A DNA stretch of 64,000 nucleotides from assembly GCA_963846365.1 (NCBI GenBank), contig CAWJVN010000007.1, positions 400,025-464,024 of the forward strand, given 5' to 3'. Shown here one piece after another: positions 47,079-56,567 of the stretch; position 1 is the stretch's first letter, and each line of letters starts with the position of its first letter. The DNA comes from an uncultured Chloroflexia bacterium (lineage in GTDB: Bacteria > Chloroflexota > Dormibacteria > Aeolococcales > Aeolococcaceae). Made by a program: the position numbers and the translations under genes. Below the pieces are notes generated by a model. That model did no database searches, was not told the DNA's origin, and was given only the letters and a program-made list of their open reading frames with translations.

Positions 47079-50042
47079 CTAGGCGAAGCTGACCGCGAAG
47101 GCCTCGAGGCCCTCGCTGACGAAGCTGGTCAGGGGCGCCGGGTTGCTCCCGTCGGCGTTCTCGATGTAGGCCTGGGTGGTGCCGGACGGGTCGGCGAGCA
47201 GGTAGGCGATCTCGCCGCCGGAGATCGCCGCCGCGATGGTGTCGAGGTCGGACGCCGCCGGGCCGGTGGCGAGGCGGGTGACGTCACCGCCGCGCACCCC
47301 GATGCGCACCAGCCCGGGGGTGTCGCCGGCGGGCCGGTCGATGGCGAGCAGGGTGCTGGCGTCGGCGTAGGCCACCGGGGTCAGGCCGGGGCCGAGGCGG
47401 CGTGGGGTGGGGTCGCCACCGCGCAGCCGGACCACCCAGCCGCCCTCGACCTCGGGGCGGCCCTCGCGGTGCACGGCGAGCTCGCTGCCGTCGCCGTCGA
47501 GCGCCGGCGCGGTGGCCTCGCCGGTGATCCCGGGGACCGGGTAGCGGATGCCCAGCGCGGGATCCGCGAGGTCGACGTGGAGGAGCCCGCCCGGGGAGCG
47601 GACGGGGAGCGCGAGGACGCTGCCGTCGCCGCTCCAGGTGGGCTGGCCGGCGAGCGGGTCACCGGGCGGGAGGACCCGGTCGACGTCGGCGACGGGGTCG
47701 TAGAGGTGCACCGCCTGGGCGGTCCCGTAGGCGAGCAGCCGTCCCGCCGGAGACCAGGCAGGGTGGCTGGCGCCGGTGTGGATGTCGGTGTCGAGCCCGG
47801 TGGCGAGGTCGATGAGGTGGATGTCGGGGGGCGCCCCGGCGACGGTGAGGTCGTGCTCGACCACCGCGATCCGGCGCCCGTCCGGCGACGCGGTGGCCTC
47901 CAGATAGGCGGTCTGGGCCCCCCCTCGAGGCACCTCGCCACAGCTCGCCTGGGCGCAGCGTGCGGCCTGGAGCACGGTTGCCGCGGGCGCGGGCTCGCCG
48001 TCGGCGAGGGCGCCGAGGCCGGTGAGAAGCACCTCGGAGGCGGCCTCGCCGCGGCGGCCGGCGAGCACCAGGGCGTGCTCGCCGCGGCCCAGGCCCCCGG
48101 TCCGGAAGTGCAGCGCCACCGCCTTCTGGACGGGCTGGAGGTGCTCGTTGCGGGCGCCGCCGCCGATGGTCACGGTGTAGCTCGTCGCCGGGTCGAGGAG
48201 CCGGCCGGGGAGCACCAGGAAGCGGCCGTGGTCGCGGCGGTTGCCGACCACCCGGGTGCCCGGCACCGCCGGGGTCAGGTGGATCGCGGCGGCGGTGGCG
48301 GGGCCGTCCATGAGGTCGTTGAACGACACCACCACCGGGCTGTCCACGGGGACGTCGGTGGCGCCGTCGGAGGGGCTGCCGCTCAGCAGCTGCGGGGCCG
48401 GCGCGGTGGTGAGCTCCCAGTGGTGGTCGAGGGAGTTGGCCGCCCCGCCGGTGTCGCGGACCCCCGAGTCGATGTGGAACGTGTACTTGGTGGAGGGGCG
48501 GAAGATGGCGCCGCGGTGCTCGAGCACGAAGGTCGCCGACGCGGGCAGCCAGGTCACCCGGCAGGGGGCCCCGGCGGCGGCGCCGAAGGCGTGCTCGATG
48601 TCGCAGCCGGTGAGCGGAGGCTCCACCCCGAAGCGGCGCGCCACCGAGGCGTGGTCGACGGAGTGGTCGAACACCACCTTGATGGGGGCGTCGGCGGTGA
48701 TGCTGGTGGAGCCGCCGGCGGGGCTGAGCGCGATGATCTGCGGGGGTGCTCCGGCGCAGGCGGGCAGCAGCGCGGCCGCCAGGCCGAGGACGATCCCTCC
48801 GGCGGCGGCTCGCCGCCCGATCCGGGTCTCGGTCAGAGAGGCTTGCGCAGCGCCGACTTCGACGTCGATGCCGGGAGGCGACCCCGCGCCGGCCTTGACC
48901 TCGATGCGCGCCGGGCGCTCCGCCGCCAGCCGGTTCACCGCCAGCGGCGACTCCTGGAGATCCCGCTGGGAGTGGGTGTAGGCGCCGTGGAGCGCGCCCT
49001 TGCGGAGCAGGATGACACCGGTCTCGGTGCCGCCGGCGACCACGACCGAGCCGTCGACCTTCTCCTCCGACAGGTACTCGAGGAGCTGCTCGAAGTTGAC
49101 GAACCGTCCCAGCAGGCCGGTGAACAGCGGCCGGGCGGTGAGCAGCTGGGCGAGCGCGACCACCGTCTCACCGCTCAGCTCGATGACGTCGAGCAGGCCC
49201 TCGCCGCGCTCCATGCGCCGGCGGAGGTGCTGGAACGCGGTCTCGGCCTGGGTGAGGGTGCCGTCGCTGAACAGCGCCTCGAGCACGTGGCCGTCGTGGA
49301 GCAGGAGCACGCCGCTGAAGCCGGGGCCCTCGAGCCGCACGTAGCCGGTGAGCTTGTCGGTGTCGAGGGTGCGCAGCAGCTTGGGGAAGTCGACGAAGGC
49401 GCTCTTCAGGCCCTCGTAGATCGGCTTGCCCGCGGGCAGCGGATAGAGCTCGCCGAGCGGCTTCGCGTTCGGGTTGCCGTAGACCTGCCCCGCGTCCGGC
49501 GAGAGGGTGGGCGGCTGGGCGACGCCCATGGTGGGGATTGCGGTCTCGGTCACCATGGTGTCTCCCGTCGTGATCGGCGGCGGTGGCGGCGGCGGCGAGC
49601 CCCAGGAGGTGGCGGCCGAGGCGACCGGCCTCGCCGGCTCCGCGACCGCGGTGGCCACGCCCGTGGCCCGGTTGTCGGCGACGCCGCCGACGGCCTGGAC
49701 CTCGAGGGGGCGGCCGCTGCCGTTGCTGGGGGCGGCCACCGGCTGGCGGCGCTCGGCCTCGGCGAGGAGCTCGGTGGTGGCGGCCTTGATGGTCTCCTCG
49801 GCGGGCAGCTTCGCCCGCGGGTCGAAGGTGAACTGCCCGTCCTTCCAGGAGAGGGCGGAGATCACCGCCTCCTCTCCCTGGCCGAGATCACCGGCGGCGT
49901 GGAAAAGGTGTCCGAAGAGAAAATAGAGCGAGCAGCTGGCATCCCCGGACGCCACCGAGAGCGTGCCGGTGGCACGCTCCGACTGCATGGCCTCGAGCAA
50001 CGAGGCGAGGCTGTTCTGCGCGAGCGAGCCCTGCGTCTGCAC
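47079..50042 (-). CDS. Large multidomain protein: three DUF4388 modules (cytoplasmic), one TM segment, Ig-like domains and a TolB/PD40-like beta-propeller
   Basis: N-terminus GSLAQNSLASLLEAMQSERATGTLSV...YFLFGHLFHAAGDLGQGEEAVISALSWKDGQFTFD (DUF4388-like). Two further modules (FVDFPKLLRTLDTDKLTGYVRLEG...GVLLLHDGHVLEA; FVNFEQLLEYLSEEKVDGSVVV...GVILLRKGALHGAYT). TM RRAAAGGIVLGLAAALLPACAG; C-terminal PD40-like repeats (SPDGRRIAVV...HPAWSPAGRLLAY...QPTWSGDGSVLAL). Confidence 0.7.
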   Translation of the reverse strand: MQTQGSLAQNSLASLLEAMQSERATGTLSVASGDASCSLYFLFGHLFHAAGDLGQGEEAVISALSWKDGQFTFDPRAKLPAEETIKAATTELLAEAERRQPVAAPSNGSGRPLEVQAVGGVADNRATGVATAVAEPARPVASAATSWGSPPPPPPPITTGDTMVTETAIPTMGVAQPPTLSPDAGQVYGNPNAKPLGELYPLPAGKPIYEGLKSAFVDFPKLLRTLDTDKLTGYVRLEGPGFSGVLLLHDGHVLEALFSDGTLTQAETAFQHLRRRMERGEGLLDVIELSGETVVALAQLLTARPLFTGLLGRFVNFEQLLEYLSEEKVDGSVVVAGGTETGVILLRKGALHGAYTHSQRDLQESPLAVNRLAAERPARIEVKAGAGSPPGIDVEVGAAQASLTETRIGRRAAAGGIVLGLAAALLPACAGAPPQIIALSPAGGSTSITADAPIKVVFDHSVDHASVARRFGVEPPLTGCDIEHAFGAAAGAPCRVTWLPASATFVLEHRGAIFRPSTKYTFHIDSGVRDTGGAANSLDHHWELTTAPAPQLLSGSPSDGATDVPVDSPVVVSFNDLMDGPATAAAIHLTPAVPGTRVVGNRRDHGRFLVLPGRLLDPATSYTVTIGGGARNEHLQPVQKAVALHFRTGGLGRGEHALVLAGRRGEAASEVLLTGLGALADGEPAPAATVLQAARCAQASCGEVPRGGAQTAYLEATASPDGRRIAVVEHDLTVAGAPPDIHLIDLATGLDTDIHTGASHPAWSPAGRLLAYGTAQAVHLYDPVADVDRVLPPGDPLAGQPTWSGDGSVLALPVRSPGGLLHVDLADPALGIRYPVPGITGEATAPALDGDGSELAVHREGRPEVEGGWVVRLRGGDPTPRRLGPGLTPVAYADASTLLAIDRPAGDTPGLVRIGVRGGDVTRLATGPAASDLDTIAAAISGGEIAYLLADPSGTTQAYIENADGSNPAPLTSFVSEGLEAFAVSFA

Positions 50043-50228
50043 CCGGGTCTCCTCCTAGCATGCTGGTCGAGCGGTTACTCCGGGGGGCATCCGCGCGGCT
50101 CAGCCGACCGCGTTGCACCGCGGGCATAGGTCCGGCGACCTGACCTGTGGCAGTGGGCGGCCTATAGTAGCAACGATTCGCGCGCTCACACGCTCGCCGC
50201 CCCCCTCTGACGTCCCCGCGATCATGCC

Positions 50229-51323
50229 GTGACCGCTGCCACATCCGCCAGTTCCGTGTTGCCAGAGCGTCCGCGCGCCCTCGCGCCACCCACCTCGCCG
50301 GCGGACTCCTGGGACCGCGCGCTGGCGGAATGGCCGCGTGCCCACCTGCTCCAGAGCCACGGCTGGGGCGCGGTGCAGGCGGCGACCGGCTGGAGCGTGC
50401 ACCGTCTCCGCGTCGACGCCGGCGCCGGCCGCACCCTCCCGGTCACCGCCCTGTCCGCCGCGGTGGTGCCGGGGGCGCCGCCCCGGGTCTACGTCCCCCG
50501 GGGTCCGGCCTGCGCCCCCGACGACGCCACCGCATGGGCGGGGGCGCTCGCCGCGCTCGAGCAGCTGGCCACCCGTCTGGGAGCGGTGCACGTCACCGTC
50601 GAGCCCAGCGCCTGGAGCGAGGACGTCGTCGAGCTGGAGCGGCGGCTGGGCCCGGGCTGGGCGCCGGTCGACCCGGTGCAGCCCTCCCACACCGCCGTCG
50701 TCGACCTCGCCGGGGGCGAGGCCGCGGTGCTGGCGCGGATGCGCCCGAAGGGCCGCTACAACGTGCGCCTCGCCGAGCGCCGCGGCGTGGTCGTGGAGAC
50801 GCTCACCGACGTCCAGCTCGCCGCCGCCCGGCTGGCGCGGCTCTGCGCCGCCACCGAGCGCCGCCAGGGCATCGTCCTGCCCGGCACCGGCCATCTCCGG
50901 CTGGTGCTCACCGCCCTCCCCGGCGCCTGGGTGCAGATCGCCAGCGTCGACGGCGAGGTCGCGGCCGGCGCCCTGGTGGTGCCCTTCGCCGGCGAGGCGA
51001 TCTACCTCTACGGCGGCTCGTCGTCGGCGCACCGCGAGCGCCAGCCCTCGGCGCTGATGCAGTTCGCGGCGATGCGGGCGGCGCTGGCCGCGGGGTGCAC
51101 CGGCTACGACCTCTGGGGCATCCCCCCGGACGCCGACGCGAGCCATCCCTGGCACGGGCTGCGCCAGTTCAAGCTCGCCCTCGGGGGTCGCGAGATGGTC
51201 GCCGCGGGGGCGTGGCGGCGGCAGCGCCGGCCGCTGGCGGGGCGGATGCTCGAGGCCGCCGAGGCCGCCCGGCTGGCGGCACGGCGGGTGCGCCGGCGGC
51301 TGCACCATGGCGCCGGGGGGTGA
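50229..51323 (+). CDS. FemAB-family aminoacyltransferase-like protein (second copy in window)
   Basis: ...HLLQSHGWGAVQAATGW...AIYLYGGSSSAHRERQPSALMQFAAMRAALAAGCTGYDLWGIP... Confidence 0.75.
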   Translation: MTAATSASSVLPERPRALAPPTSPADSWDRALAEWPRAHLLQSHGWGAVQAATGWSVHRLRVDAGAGRTLPVTALSAAVVPGAPPRVYVPRGPACAPDDATAWAGALAALEQLATRLGAVHVTVEPSAWSEDVVELERRLGPGWAPVDPVQPSHTAVVDLAGGEAAVLARMRPKGRYNVRLAERRGVVVETLTDVQLAAARLARLCAATERRQGIVLPGTGHLRLVLTALPGAWVQIASVDGEVAAGALVVPFAGEAIYLYGGSSSAHRERQPSALMQFAAMRAALAAGCTGYDLWGIPPDADASHPWHGLRQFKLALGGREMVAAGAWRRQRRPLAGRMLEAAEAARLAARRVRRRLHHGAGG

Positions 51324-51362
51324 CGTGCCCATAGAATCGCGCCGCCTGATGCGGATGCTGGG

Positions 51363-52073
51363 ATGGATGTGAACGGACAGCGCCGGGTCCTCGTCATCGA
51401 CGACGAGGCGCTCATTCGCAAGACCGTCCGGCTCGCCTGCGAGCAGGAGGGCTATGCGGTCCAGGAGGCGGAGACCGGCACCCAGGCGCTCACCGCGCTG
51501 GAGAGCTTCCGCCCCGACATCATCCTGCTCGACCTGATGCTGCCCGACATCAGCGGCTTCGACATCTGCCGCGACATCCGCCGCACCGGCTCGAAGGTGC
51601 CGATCCTCATCCTCAGCGCCAAGACCGAGGAGATCGACGTGGTGGTGGGGCTGGAGATCGGCGCCGACGACTACATCGTCAAGCCGTTCCGGCCCCGGGA
51701 GCTGCTCGCCCGCATCGCCGCCCACCTGCGCAAGGCGCGCCAGGACGAGGAGCGCGGCGACGACGGGCGGATGGTCTTCCGCGACCTGGTCATCGACGTC
51801 AACGAGCGCCGGGTGTTCCGAGGGGGCATCGAGGTCAACCTCACCCACACCGAGTTCGACCTCCTCACCCTGCTCGCCGCCCAGGCGGGCAAGGCGCTCT
51901 CCCGGGAGAAGATCCTCAATGCGGTGTGGGGCTACGACCACCCCATCGAGACCCGGGTCATCGACGTGCACATCCGCAACCTGCGGCGGAAGATCGAGGA
52001 GAATCCGTCCCAGCCGCTGTACATCCTGGCGGTGCCCGGGGTGGGCTACCGGTTCACCGCCACCAAGCCCTGA
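51363..52073 (+). CDS. OmpR-family two-component response regulator
   Basis: VLVIDDEALIRKTV...DIILLDLMLPD...ILILSAKTEEIDVVVGLEIGADDYIVKPF plus winged-helix (YILAVPGVGYRF). Confidence 0.9.
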   Translation: MDVNGQRRVLVIDDEALIRKTVRLACEQEGYAVQEAETGTQALTALESFRPDIILLDLMLPDISGFDICRDIRRTGSKVPILILSAKTEEIDVVVGLEIGADDYIVKPFRPRELLARIAAHLRKARQDEERGDDGRMVFRDLVIDVNERRVFRGGIEVNLTHTEFDLLTLLAAQAGKALSREKILNAVWGYDHPIETRVIDVHIRNLRRKIEENPSQPLYILAVPGVGYRFTATKP

Positions 52074-52120
52074 CCGGGACGGTTCACCGTGCTGGTGAGC
52101 ACAGGGATAGACTTCGCCTC

Positions 52121-52390
52121 TACATGTCCATTCCGATGCTCCAGCCGCGGCGGGGGGAGATCCGCGCCGCGCCGCCCACGCCCGCCGACCCCTGGGTCTC
52201 GATCACCGTCCTCCTGCTCGGGCTGACGGTGGTGGGGCTGGTCGCCGGCGGGGTGCTGGCCGTCTACGACTGGACCACCCCGAGGGCGGAGCGGCCGCTC
52301 CTCCTCACCGTGCTCGGCATCTTCGTCGTCGCCCTCGGGATCCCGGTGATCACGGCCGCGGCGCGCTGGGCACGCGCGGGTCAGCGGTAG
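52121..52390 (+). CDS. Small membrane protein (2 TM), hypothetical
   Basis: MSIPMLQPRRGEIRAAPPTPADPWVSITVLLLGLTVVGLVAGGVLAVYDW... Confidence 0.35.
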   Translation, partial: YMSIPMLQPRRGEIRAAPPTPADPWVSITVLLLGLTVVGLVAGGVLAVYDWTTPRAERPLLLTVLGIFVVALGIPVITAAARWARAGQR

Positions 52391-52393
52391 CGC

Positions 52394-53056
52394 GTGGCCG
52401 AGCGCGCACGGCGGGGCGAGAGGTCGAACGGGGCCGCCAGCGACCGCCCCGAGCCCTTTCCCAGCTACGAGGAGCTCGCCTCCGACCTCCTCGAGGCCCT
52501 CGACGAGGCGGGGCTGTCGATCGAGGACGTCCGCCACGAGCTCGAGCCCGGCGCCGGCGAGCGCCGCTTCGACTGCACCGTCCGGCTGCAGCCGAGCGAG
52601 CCGCCCTCCCGCTATCACGCCCACCTCAGCTTCGTCTGGGACGCGCTGATGACCTACGTCGCCGCCTATGGGCCGGGGGCCGACTGCGACCTCTACCACG
52701 ACGACGAGGAGCAGGAGGACTGTCCCCACCGGCGGCTCCAGCCCCAGCCCTTCGTCGAGATCGAGGCCGAGTTCGTGCTCGGCGACGGCGGCTACGAGCT
52801 CCAGGAGCTGGGCGAGGTGGCGGGCTGGCTCGACACCGTGCAGACCCTGCTCGGCAAGGCGTTTCCCACCGACGACCGCCCCAGCGTCCACGTCGGGCTC
52901 GCCGCCCTCGGCGGCTCGGTGCTGGTCGAGAAGCTGACCGCCGAGCACTCCTGGCTGATCGACTTCGACGAGCCCCCCGACTTCACCTCGATGGCGGCGC
53001 AGGTGATGGCGGCGCTGCGGCTCGTCCCTCAGCTGGCCGACCGGCTGCCGATGTAG
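52394..53056 (+). CDS. Hypothetical acidic protein
   Basis: 220-aa ORF with codon bias consistent with coding; no recognisable motif. Confidence 0.4.
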   Translation: MAERARRGERSNGAASDRPEPFPSYEELASDLLEALDEAGLSIEDVRHELEPGAGERRFDCTVRLQPSEPPSRYHAHLSFVWDALMTYVAAYGPGADCDLYHDDEEQEDCPHRRLQPQPFVEIEAEFVLGDGGYELQELGEVAGWLDTVQTLLGKAFPTDDRPSVHVGLAALGGSVLVEKLTAEHSWLIDFDEPPDFTSMAAQVMAALRLVPQLADRLPM

Positions 53057-53540
53057 GCGGCCCGAACACCCCGGCGCGCTCGGCGACCAGCCAGCCGTCG
53101 GGGTGGCGGAGGTCGGGGTCGAGCTCGGCGAGCAGGGCGCAGAGGAAGGGACGGTTGCCGAGCTCGGGATGGGGGACGCACATCCCCGGGCGGTCTGCGC
53201 GCACCTCGCCGCGCTCGCCGAGCAGGAGGACGTCGGCATCGGCGCGGCGCGGACCCCAGTGGTAGGTGGGGCGACGTCCCGCCGCCCGCTGCGCCCGCTC
53301 GCAGTGCGCCAGCCACTCCGCCGGCGCCAGCGGGGCGTCGCTGCGCAGCCGCACCACCTGGTTGTGGAAGTCGGGCTGGCGGCGGACCCCGACCGCGCGG
53401 GTGAGCAGCTCGCCCGAGGCGGCCTCGAGGTGGACCGGCCCGCTCGCCAGCGCCGCCCTGAGCGCCGCCAGGGCCGCGGTGCGGTTGCCCAGGTTCGCGC
53501 CCAGCGAGACCCAGGCCACCGCGGGGCCGCCCGGGGTCAC
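52983..53540 (-). CDS. folK: 2-amino-4-hydroxy-6-hydroxymethyldihydropteridine pyrophosphokinase (HPPK)
   Basis: VSLGANLGNRTAALAALRAAL...RRQPDFHNQVVRL...YHWGPRRADADVLLLGE; GTG overlaps the folP stop (GTGA). Confidence 0.8.
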   Translation of the reverse strand: MTPGGPAVAWVSLGANLGNRTAALAALRAALASGPVHLEAASGELLTRAVGVRRQPDFHNQVVRLRSDAPLAPAEWLAHCERAQRAAGRRPTYHWGPRRADADVLLLGERGEVRADRPGMCVPHPELGNRPFLCALLAELDPDLRHPDGWLVAERAGVFGPPTSAAGRPAEGRAAAPPSPAPPSR

Positions 53541-54772
53541 CCGGTGGGTCCGGGCCGGGGCAGCGCGAGAATCTCCTCGGGGGTGCCGCGGAGCACCGCG
53601 TCGGCGACCCGGAGTGCCCGGGCCACCTCGGCGACGTCGTGGACCCGCACCAGGTCGGCGCCGTTGGCGGCGGCGAGCACGCAGAGCGCCAGGGTGCCCT
53701 CGAGCCGCTGCTCGGGTGGCGCCCCGCCGAGGAGGGCGCCGATCGTCGACTTCCGCGACGGTCCCACCAGCAGGGGGCGGTCGAGGGATCGCAGCTCGCC
53801 GAGCCGGCGGAGCAGCTCGAGGTTGTGGGCCGGGGTCTTGGCGAAGCCGAGGCCGGGGTCGACGATGATCCGCTCGCGCTCGATCCCCGCGGCCTCGGCG
53901 ACGGCGAGGCACTCGTGGAGGCCGGCGCAGACCTCCTCGACGACGTCGGCGTACTCGGGGTCGGCCTGGTTGTGCATCACCACCACCGCGGCCCCGGCGG
54001 CGGCGACCACCGCGGCCATGTCGGGGTCGCGGCGCAGGCCCCAGATGTCGTTGACGATCACCGCCCCGGCCTCGAGCGCGGCCCGGGCGACCGCCGCCTT
54101 CCGGGTGTCGACGCTCACCGGCACCTCGAGCCGGGCGGCCAGCTCGCGCACCACCGGCACCACCCGGGCGATCTCCGCCTCCTCGGACACGGTGCTGCTG
54201 CCGGGGCGGGTGCTCTCGCCGCCGATGTCGACGATGTCGGCGCCGGCGGCGGCGAGGGCGAGGCCGCGGGCGACGGCGTCGGCGGGGTCGGCGCCGGTGC
54301 CGTCGCCGCTGAAGGAGTCGGGGGTGGCGTTGACGATCCCCATCACCAGGGTGCGGCGGTCGAAGCGGAGCACGTGGCCGCCGACGGCGACCGGGGCCGG
54401 CCGGCTGCCGCGGCCGGCGAGGGCGGCCTGGAGGGCGGCGCCGAGCACCTCGGTGCGCCGTCCCCACTCCACCAGCCGCGAGGGCAGGTCGCCGAAGGCG
54501 CTGAGCGGGCCGAGCAGCACCGCCCGGTCGCCCGGCGCCGAGGTCAGCGCCTCGCCGCCGAGGCGGCGGAGCTCGCGGACCAGCACCCGGCACTCGTCGG
54601 GGGCCAGGCCGCTCACCGCGATCGCCTCGGCGCGGCCGTGCCGGGCCAGCGCCGGCAGCGCCGCGGGTCCGCCGCCGAGGGCGAGCACCGCGTCGCGCAG
54701 CGCCGACTCCGGCCCCGGGGTCAGGTGGCGGACGTTGTAGCGCCCCAGCTCGGCCTCGCTCGGGGTGCTCAT
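53537..54772 (-). CDS. folP: Dihydropteroate synthase with an about 140-aa N-terminal extension of unknown function
   Basis: TLVMGIVNATPDSFSGDG...DIVDIGGESTRPG...VSVDTRKAAVARAALEAGAVIVNDIWG... Confidence 0.85.
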   Translation of the reverse strand: MSTPSEAELGRYNVRHLTPGPESALRDAVLALGGGPAALPALARHGRAEAIAVSGLAPDECRVLVRELRRLGGEALTSAPGDRAVLLGPLSAFGDLPSRLVEWGRRTEVLGAALQAALAGRGSRPAPVAVGGHVLRFDRRTLVMGIVNATPDSFSGDGTGADPADAVARGLALAAAGADIVDIGGESTRPGSSTVSEEAEIARVVPVVRELAARLEVPVSVDTRKAAVARAALEAGAVIVNDIWGLRRDPDMAAVVAAAGAAVVVMHNQADPEYADVVEEVCAGLHECLAVAEAAGIERERIIVDPGLGFAKTPAHNLELLRRLGELRSLDRPLLVGPSRKSTIGALLGGAPPEQRLEGTLALCVLAAANGADLVRVHDVAEVARALRVADAVLRGTPEEILALPRPGPTG

Positions 54773-55287
54773 CGTTCCAGGTCGGGCTTGGCCCCGCGCG
54801 GGACGAACGCCTCGTCGGGCGGCTGCACCAGGCCGGCGGATCTCTTCGGCACCATCACCCGCCGCCGGAAGAAGCAGACCAGCTCGCCGCGCTGGTTGTA
54901 GGCGCGGGTCTCCACCGTGATCACCCCCCGGTCGGAGCGCGACTGCAACTCGCGCATCGCCACCACGGTGGACTCGGCGTAGATGGTGTCGCCGTGGAAG
55001 GTGGGGTTCTCGTGCTTGAGCGCCTCCACCTCGAGGTTGGCGATCGCCTTCCCGCTGACGTCCGCGACGCTCATCCCCAGCGCCAGGCTGTACACGAGGT
55101 TGCCGACCACGACGTTGCGCTTGAAGTGCGTCGACGTCTCCGCATAGTGGGCGTCGATGTGGAGAGGGTGGTGGTTCATGGTGATCATGCAGAAGAGGTG
55201 GTCGTCCGCCTCGGTGATCGTCTTGCCGGGCCAGTGCCGGTAGGTGGCGCCGACCTCGAACTCCTCGTAGTACCGGCCGTATTGCAC
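54769..55287 (-). CDS. MaoC-like (R-specific enoyl-CoA hydratase, hot-dog fold) dehydratase
   Basis: ...DDHLFCMITMNHHPLHIDAHYA...NVVVGNLV... Confidence 0.8.
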   Translation of the reverse strand: MQYGRYYEEFEVGATYRHWPGKTITEADDHLFCMITMNHHPLHIDAHYAETSTHFKRNVVVGNLVYSLALGMSVADVSGKAIANLEVEALKHENPTFHGDTIYAESTVVAMRELQSRSDRGVITVETRAYNQRGELVCFFRRRVMVPKRSAGLVQPPDEAFVPRGAKPDLER

Positions 55288-55349
55288 GTGGATGGACCTC
55301 CGGGTGGGTGGAGGCCGCTCACTGTAGCGGGAGGGTGCGGGCCTGCCGC

Positions 55350-56423
55350 TCAGCCGGCGCCGGGCAGGCGGACGATGAACACCGAGCCCCGGCCGGGGCT
55401 GCTCTCCACCTCGATGCTGCCGCCGTGGGCCTCCACGGTGTGGCGGGCGATCGCCAGGCCCAGGCCGGTGCCCTCGCCGTCGCGGCCGCGGGAGCGGTCG
55501 GTCTTGTAGAAGCGCTCGAAGACCCGCCCCAGCTCCTCGGGTGCGATGCCGCAGCCGGTGTCGGCGACGCGCAGCTCGACCAGCTCGCGGCCGCGGTGGC
55601 GCCGGCCCTGGGCGGAGAGGGTGATCACCCCGCCCTCGGGGGTGAACTTGATGGCGTTGTGGACCAGGTTGCGCACCACCTGGCCGAGACGGCTGGGGTC
55701 GCCGAGCACCGCGGGGGTGCCGGGCTCGACCTGGTGGCGCAGCTCCTGGCGGCGCTCGTCGGCGAGCGGTCGCAGCCGCTCGGCGGCGGCCACCAGGTCC
55801 TCCACCGGGGTCGGCACCGGGCGGAGCGGCAGCCGGCCCGACTCGATGGTGCTCAGCTCGATGAGCTCGGCCACCATCTGGGCCATGTGGGCGGTCTCCA
55901 GGCCGATCTTGCTGACGAACTCACCGGCGACGCTGGTGTCGTCGAGGGCGCCGCCGAGCAGGGTCTCGACCAGCAGCTGGATGGCGGTGACCGGGGTGCG
56001 GAGCTCGTGGGAGACGTTGGCGACGAAGTCGCGGCGCACCCTCTCGAGGCGGCGGAGCCGGGTCTCGTCGCGGAGCAGGATGGCGACCTCCAACGGCTGG
56101 GCCACCGCCTCGCCGATCGGCAGCGCTCGGACCACCAGGTGGCGGGAGGCGGCGGGGTCGTCGAGCTCGCGGACCACCTCGCCGCCGCCGCCCAGGCACG
56201 AGGTCACCATCAGGGGGATCCGGTAGTCGCGGACGGTGTCCTCCAGCCGCAGTCCCTCCACCTCGTCGGGGAGGTCGAGCAGCAGCTGGGCCGCCGGGTT
56301 GGCGAAGCGCAGCCGGTGGTCGGCGCCGACCACCACCAGGCCCTCCTCGAGCCGCAGCGCGACGATCTCGAAGAGCCGGACGGGTAGGGCCGGGGGTCCC
56401 TGCGCCCCGGTGTCAGGCGACAT
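55350..56423 (-). CDS. Cytoplasmic PAS-domain sensor histidine kinase
   Basis: FVANVSHELRTPVTAIQ (H-box) ... N-box/G-boxes (VRNLVHNAIKFT, ADTGCGIAPEELGRVFERFYKTD, GTGLGLAIA); no TM helices. Confidence 0.85.
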   Translation of the reverse strand: MSPDTGAQGPPALPVRLFEIVALRLEEGLVVVGADHRLRFANPAAQLLLDLPDEVEGLRLEDTVRDYRIPLMVTSCLGGGGEVVRELDDPAASRHLVVRALPIGEAVAQPLEVAILLRDETRLRRLERVRRDFVANVSHELRTPVTAIQLLVETLLGGALDDTSVAGEFVSKIGLETAHMAQMVAELIELSTIESGRLPLRPVPTPVEDLVAAAERLRPLADERRQELRHQVEPGTPAVLGDPSRLGQVVRNLVHNAIKFTPEGGVITLSAQGRRHRGRELVELRVADTGCGIAPEELGRVFERFYKTDRSRGRDGEGTGLGLAIARHTVEAHGGSIEVESSPGRGSVFIVRLPGAG

Positions 56424-56567
56424 GGTGGGGCGAGTATATGCCGCCATCCGTCCCGGGGCGGGAGCCTGCATAACGACCTGTTCAATATCTGGACAACCCA
56501 CCGGACACGGTACCTCCCGCAGCATGAGAACGAGGGGCGGATCCGGCGCCGAAGGGGGGACACTGGG

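Noticed and set aside
52983-54593. 536-aa minus ORF annotated as one protein
   Set aside because: Only the last 185 codons encode HPPK (FolK). The upstream part is an out-of-frame overlap with folP with purely low-complexity translation.
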